From Eledone cirrhosa (taxonomy: Eukaryota): a DNA stretch of 64,000 nucleotides. A program made the position numbers and the translations under genes. The notes under the pieces were generated by a model, which did not search any database, was not told where the DNA came from, and saw only the letters and a list, made by a program, of their open reading frames with translations. Positions 57,600-64,000 of this stretch are shown here, one piece after another (position 1 is the stretch's first letter; every line of letters begins with the position of its first letter). The stretch covers positions 38,750,001 to 38,814,000 of the forward strand of contig OZ024745.1 of NCBI GenBank assembly GCA_964016885.1, in the 5' to 3' direction.

Positions 57600-58740
57600 A
57601 TGAAATGTTATCATATAGAATACTCATAACTATAACGACGAAATAATCTAGCTGGCGTATTATTGCACCACCTCCTGCTACTTTTGGACTTAATTCAGCC
57701 CTTTGCATTTCGTCACTCGTGAATACGGTCCAGGGACACTTGAAATACTCCCCCTGCTTCAGTGTAACTCCAGTTTCCTGTAGACGACGAGGGTCTTTCT
57801 TTTCATCGTTGCTTTTCTTTCCTGCCATGTAGCACACGGCAGCAAACATATCGACTGCTTGTCAGATATCACCTTCTGGCGAGTAAATAGCTCCATGTAG
57901 TCCGCAAATTCCAGCCGACGCATCCTACGTTCGAATTCTCGATACCCCTGTTATATCAATATTTTCTACACAGATTATTCACTGGAGAGATGAGAGTAAG
58001 CACTTTTGACGGCGTTGGACATACACATTGAATGGTTTAGACTTAGTACCATTTATACCAGAACGCAAATGCTAGAGACAGAGTAAACAGGATTTGTGCA
58101 TCGATAAAATACTTCTGCAGAACCTTGCACAACCAGTCCCGTGGGATGCAGTCATATGCCTTTTCGGGGTCTGGAAAATAACAACACTTCCATAGTTTGC
58201 CGAGAGGTTACTCATTAATCCAATATACACCTCATGTACATCTGCAGTTATTGTTATGAATGGGTTTAGGATGCCTTCCCGATTGTAGGTGTGCAGGATG
58301 ACCTTATTACGAAGTTGGCTGATGGTCTCCGTGAACACTTTATTTGCTGATCTGAAGTTAGATTCTAGCATAACACGAAAGTCTTCCCATGCGTGTACTT
58401 TGGACACTTTTACTATTTCTACTGCAAAATTGCTCGCCTAGTTATACTGAAAATGCAAGAAGGTTGACGTATTCCCAAACACAGATTTGTAAGCCTTTTG
58501 TATTGCCCATGTAGTAACTTTGACCTCATGGTTAAAGCAATGGGTACTCCTGCCACCTCGCACCAAACCTATCCAGATTCCTCCGTGGCATTTAACAACT
58601 AAATCTAAAACATCTTCTCTACGTTTTTGTCTCTAGATTTGAATGCAATAAAGTCTGCAAACTTGATCTTAACTTTCACATATATCAATCTGAATCCGCA
58701 GGTTTTGTGCCGTTTGGTACATCCCCTCTTTTGAAAAGAG
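57600..58740 (-). mobile_element. Decayed RTE-clade LINE fragment, same family as 55150-55670
   Basis: SKVHAWEDFRVMLESNFRSANKVF.ETI; downstream RT-like pieces (RRLEFAD.., EYFKC..VFTSD). Confidence 0.7.
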
Positions 58741-60382
58741 TACCGAATCAATGAGAACAGATACAATAGCAAAATAAATTATTTATATCTGTACCAGATT
58801 CCATTGTGCATGTATTTTTGCTGGAAGTAATTGTTCACAGTAGAGATCCCATTACTAGAAAATAAGTTTAACAGCCTCTATATTCGCATTTAAATCGAGA
58901 CCGCTGTTCCTTCCAATCACTTCTATCCACGTCAGGTAATCAGTGCCAACATGTATATTGAAGTATCACATGAGTATATATAACCTACATTTAAAGTTTT
59001 ATTTACTCCATGAAGGATGTTCAAACTTGCACAACACAGAGACATTACATTCCGCCTAAATATATTTGTCGTTACAAATGAAAAGCATATACGAAATAGA
59101 TTTGAAAAGGAGTAAACGTATGCATGATGAATATTACTATTTACAAAATCCCTTGCGTCACACATGCCCTAACAGAGCCAGGAATTCTACTGACTATAGT
59201 AGGCTTAACTGTACACTTTTATATCCCTAACGTTATTACTTCACACAGGAAATCAATAATGTCGTTTACATTTACAACATGGTTCGTATATATAGAATGA
59301 ACCATATTTAATAATTCCGATCACATTTTTTTTGCTATTGCATGGTTATATACGTATAATTAAACTAATATTAGACTGACATACCTGCTTACTACCAGAC
59401 ATTGTTAATTATAGCATTACAGACTGGGTAATCTGTGAACACCAAAACATATATGCGTATGTGTGTGTGTTACTTTGTATCTGTGTGTGTGCGTTTCTCA
59501 GACGTAGGTAGTTTCATACAGAAACATTATGTTACTGATAATGTACACCAATTTACATGCATGCGTCAGGAGAATTGAAAAAAAACAACATTAATTGCAC
59601 ACGAACGAATCAAACACGATCACACAGTCTTACACATATACACACGCAGACACACAATTATTTTATCTCACACATAGACACACGGGAAAACACACTAAAT
59701 CACACATCCAGTCGTACACACTTCGTTCCGATTTACTTGCATGGATGCATCGACATTTACATAGAAACATATATATTATTATGCAATGTACGTATACTTA
59801 TTTTGTATATTTGCACTTGGTATTGTCTCACTTCAATAACAGTCTCCCTGCATCTCCTTTGTAATCTCAAATCTGCCAGATTTTATGGACTTCTGCATTG
59901 ATATGTTTTCCATCAGTGAACAGAGGACACGTTTTGTGCACAAACAATTCGTTTTATAAACCGGAAGAAATATGCACTTAACTCCAATGCTAAACTTATA
60001 CGCATGTAGAAATAACGAAAGTTATAAATAGAGAGATGGTGTAAAAAGAGGGTAAATATGTTACATAGTTGTTTAATGTCCATAATTATGTATGCCATAT
60101 GCATATACTGTGGTCATTTTAAATCAAATGACCATAGTTACAATCGTTAACTCCAGAGAGTAGAGGCCTTTTTCGTATAAAGTTCATCAGGCTACAGAAA
60201 AGGTATCGGATAGATAAGCCTGGAATTAATCAACTTGTGCATTCCCCTTATGGCGGGATCACGTGTTACACATTACACTAAGACTTCATTGGTTTCTAAC
60301 TGTGTTTCAGAGAATGCTGAGTGTGCAGCAACGAGTGTAAGCAAATGCTAATTGAGGAAACAATGGAGAATTTAAAAAACTG

Positions 60383-60467
<85 letters not shown>
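60383..60467. repeat. (TATC)n microsatellite
   Basis: Direct reading. Confidence 0.95.
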
Positions 60468-62477
60468 AGTCTATGCCCCTACACTTCCACAAACCACCGC
60501 CCCACCCAGCAACCCATCCCCCACCCTAATGGAAATTGTGCAGCCCGATACCCGGGACGCAGAGAGGTAAGTGCCTTTTCTCTTCACCACCAACATGGCT
60601 GTGCTGAGAGTAGGCTGTTTGAATGCGCGTGGCCTAGGCTCAACTTGGAAGCAGGCAGTGCTTCTAAGTGACCTCGGGTCACAACGTATAGATGTGATGG
60701 TTATTTGCGAGGCCCGGATCAGCAACGTGCGACAGCTGTCCCCCACCTTTGATGACTTTGAGATGCACGCATCTCTCTGTCAGCCCGGATGTGGGGGTGG
60801 GGTTGTCGTTCTGCTGCAAAAACATCTGGGTCTCGCAACACAGATGGTACATTTGGACCCGGTGGGTCGACTAGTGGTTCTGGACCTTGGCAGTGGTAAA
60901 GGCAGAGCGTTTAGGTTGGTAGCCGCCTACGGCCCTTTCGGGTCAATGCGGCCGGACTTCTTCCATCGTCTGGAGACTTTTCTAGGGACGTCCCGCTCCT
61001 TGCTATTAGTGGGGGACTGGAATGGTATCCTAGATGCACTCTGGGACTACGTAGGGGCCTGTCCCGATAGAGAGGCGTGTAATAGCCTCAAACGGTTAAT
61101 CGGTCGATTTTACCTGGCCGATGGATATTGACTAGATTTTCCGACTGCGCCAACCTGGACTTGGGCAAAGCGTAGCGGATCATCTAGGTCGTACCTAGAT
61201 AGGTTATTGGTTGGAATTGAGGATAAGGACTTTTTAAGTTGTCCAACAATGCGCATGGTTGGCTATTCAGACCACAAGTTAGTGACCTGCATGATCAGCC
61301 TTGACAGAACTCATAGACAGGGACCCGGTTACTGGAAGCTCAACTTGTCCTTGCCGGCAAGTGGGGCTTACAGGGACCGGATTAGCACTTTAGTTGAGGA
61401 GCGGTTGACGGGCGCCATCGTCAACAGCAGGTGGTGGGGATCTCTCAAAAGAGAGATTAGAGGAGTCTCTATAGAATTTAGTAAGGAGTTAGCCTCGGAT
61501 AGAAATAGGAAGGAAAGGGAGTTGGTAGATAGTGTAGAAGAGGCAATTAAAATCAGCGACGTGGTCAGAGTGCTAGCGTCGAGATCAGCCCTGAGCCAGT
61601 TCTTCAACGCGAGACACGAAGGCTGCATCGTCCGAGGCGGGGTGCCTGCTCTGGGTGACGAGGGGACCAGAGCTGTTGGCTGGGCCCGTGTGACAGAAGC
61701 CAAAAGAGGGAGTAGATCCACTATCCGGTCTTTTCGAGAAAGGCTCTACAGATACGGGCGCCTGGGTAGGGACCCCTAGAAAAAGATCTGTCCCAGATGC
61801 GTGTGCGACGAGGAAACCTTGCACACGCATTGGTACACTGCTCGGGCATTGCCGATCTGTGGGGCTATGTCGAACGGCTGCTGTCAAGGGTGGGACCGAT
61901 CCGGCTGACCACCGAGTCTATTGTAACGATCAAGCCCCCTCCCCTCTTCAAAAACGAAGGAGAGGCGGTGTTTCTGTGCGTAATAGCCATGGCGAAAGAG
62001 GTTGTATGGTGGACGCGTCTAAAAGGACTGAGGTCTGACACCTTTCTCTCTGGCCAACAACTGGTCCGTTTCTTTCGATATCATTTCGGAAGAAGGATCA
62101 GGATGGAGAGAGAGGTGCTGCACCCCAGCCGTTTTTATGAAAGATGGGTGAAAGTGGCGAGAATGGCCCGTGTGAATGGGCCTTCACTCTACATCAGACT
62201 ATAGGTGAGGAAGATGAAAGACCAAGGGAGCACCCCTTCTCTGTGCTCCTGAGGAGAAGGGTTGCACACTTTTTTTCGGGGGTGTGTGCGACCCCCAAGG
62301 CGCCTCCTCTCTATTGAGGACTTTGTTATTAATTTTATTTTTTGTTATATTTTATTTTATTTTTAAATATTGTTATTGCCTCTTCCTTATTGAGGACGCC
62401 TTGTTTTGTAAACTCCCCCCCCCCCCCCATTGTACTTGTCCCACTTTTGATGCCCTGGTTGCAAATAAAAGAAACAT
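60468..62477 (+). mobile_element. Tx1/L1-clade element with internal deletion: AP endonuclease joined to the C-terminal zinc-finger region, RT absent
   Basis: ATG 60595: GCLNARGL, ICEAR, AAYGP, VGDWN, (stop 61129) TWTW..RSYLDR, YSDH, GPGYWKLN; from ~61735 RERLYRY..CPRC..EET..HALVHC; 3'UTR with AATAAA. Confidence 0.88.
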
Positions 62478-62679
62478 ATCTATCTCTGGGATGGACACAC
62501 GCGTGTAACTTGCTGAGTAAGTTCTGTAAACTTTAATTTTTGTACCATTTTGTAGAGGGACTGCCAAGTCAAATTTTGATCTGATCAGTCTCTCAAAATA
62601 TTCTACGCCTTTAGACGAAATAGTTAACAAAAGTTTTTTTTTATTTTGAAAAGCTAACATTTTTTTTAAATGGCTGAAG

Positions 62680-64000
62680 CTTCTTCACCAAAATTCGAAG
62701 GAGGAAAGGGGAAGATAAGCTTCCCCCTGCCATTGTCATAGTAGCAGATGTCAAAGACAAAAGTCAGCCAGAGGAAGGATTTTCTCCACCTGCTGACCGA
62801 CAACTTGACGTTACCATGGCAACAAAACCAAACAACCAGCCGCACCAGCAACAACAACAACAACAACAATGCTACGGACGAAAACAACACCAATAACATT
62901 AACAATAACAACAACAACAAGACCAATAACTGTGATAACAACAACAATGATAACAACAACACCACTAACTACAACAGCAACACAAATAAGGAAAAGTACT
63001 CCTTCGCCCAGACAGCAAGGAAAACCCTCGACTATCTGCCAGTAGATATAACCAAAGCGAACGAGATACTGGCAGATGCCAACAAATACATAACGTACGG
63101 GGAAAATGGATCATTTTCGATCCACCCCTCCCCGGAACTAAAAATCAGAAACTCCTAAACACTGTCATGTTTAGGACAATCTCAAACAAAAGCAAAAAAC
63201 CAGCTCAACCATCACAGAGTGAGATAGATCTGGTTTTAAAAGACGTCATGAAAGACATAACATTCATTCAGAAGGATAGACTCTACGGGAGTCTATCTAT
63301 TCTCATGAAGGACAGGGACACGGCAGCGAAACTGTCCATAAAACCAATGGGTAGAAGGACACAACAAATAAACAATCCACACCATCCTGCCGATTATGGA
63401 CATATGGTGGGTTTTGACAGGTTTCCTGAACCTGGATGATGACATGCTGGTGTCCATGGGAAAGGCATCGGGTGACTTTCAGTGTAACGAGCCTCGAACT
63501 TGTAGTTCAAATGAGGCCCGAAAAGATCGCCCATAGGCCTGAACGCGTCATACTGGATGATCAAACTTTTATCAACATTACCGTTGAGGGTAGGCGGCCC
63601 TCGTGTTACCTCTGTGGAACCAGAGGTCACCTGAGGACTGTCTGTCCTCAACTTAATAAGAAAACCCCAATCCTCCCTACACCACCAACAACTGCACAAC
63701 CAACACAATCACAACAATCACCACTACAAAAACAACAACCACAGCTCAAACCAAAACAAAACAATGTCCAACCCATCCCCCCGACAAAAAAAAAACAATT
63801 TCCAAAACACCCGCACCGCAAATACAACCCGGAAATATACCCCTCCCCTCCAACGCGGAAGATGACCGTCATTCGTCGTCAGACGAGGAGGAGCACTTCC
63901 ACACAATCAACAGAAAAAAAGAAAAACACCTCAGGCACACAAATGAAAACAACCCTCCCCAAAACATAACACTGACACCAACACAAAAGAGCACACAACA
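62680..64000 (+). mobile_element. Frameshifted L1/Tx1-type ORF1 (gag-like) remnant, runs off the window end
   Basis: INITVEGRRPSCYLCGTRGHLRTVCP (CX2CX4HX4C knuckle), poly-Asn N-terminal tract, several frameshifts. Confidence 0.75.

Noticed and set aside
60155-60197. Minus-strand CTGATGA..GAAA hammerhead-like motif
   Set aside because: Stems I and II do not pair convincingly; likely chance or too decayed

Overview
AT-rich, microsatellite-dense animal genomic DNA. It is probably a cephalopod/octopus, inferred from the Nin-core tRNA-derived SINE family and the repeat landscape; this is not proven. Most ORFs in the supplied track are translations of (TA)n/(CA)n/(GA)n repeats. The only host-gene signal I can support is two minus-strand phase-0 exons (52039-52230 and 30535-30630) of a CA10/CA11-like carbonic anhydrase-related protein, so most of the window is probably intronic. 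The 21.4-kb intron between them holds an apparently intact 4.7-kb CR1/L2-type LINE. Its ORF1 is unusual (Myb/SANT-like + polyQ + two CCCH fingers). Its ORF2 (APE-RT) has no AUG before the endonuclease motifs and lies in the -1 frame, open from just before U UUU UUA and A AAA AAC slippery heptamers, which suggests -1 ribosomal frameshifting. The window also contains Penelope-like (Naiad-type) fragments, hammerhead-ribozyme-like motifs, several long foldback inverted repeats, at least seven SINE copies, and decayed R4/Dong-, RTE- and Tx1/L1-type retroelements.
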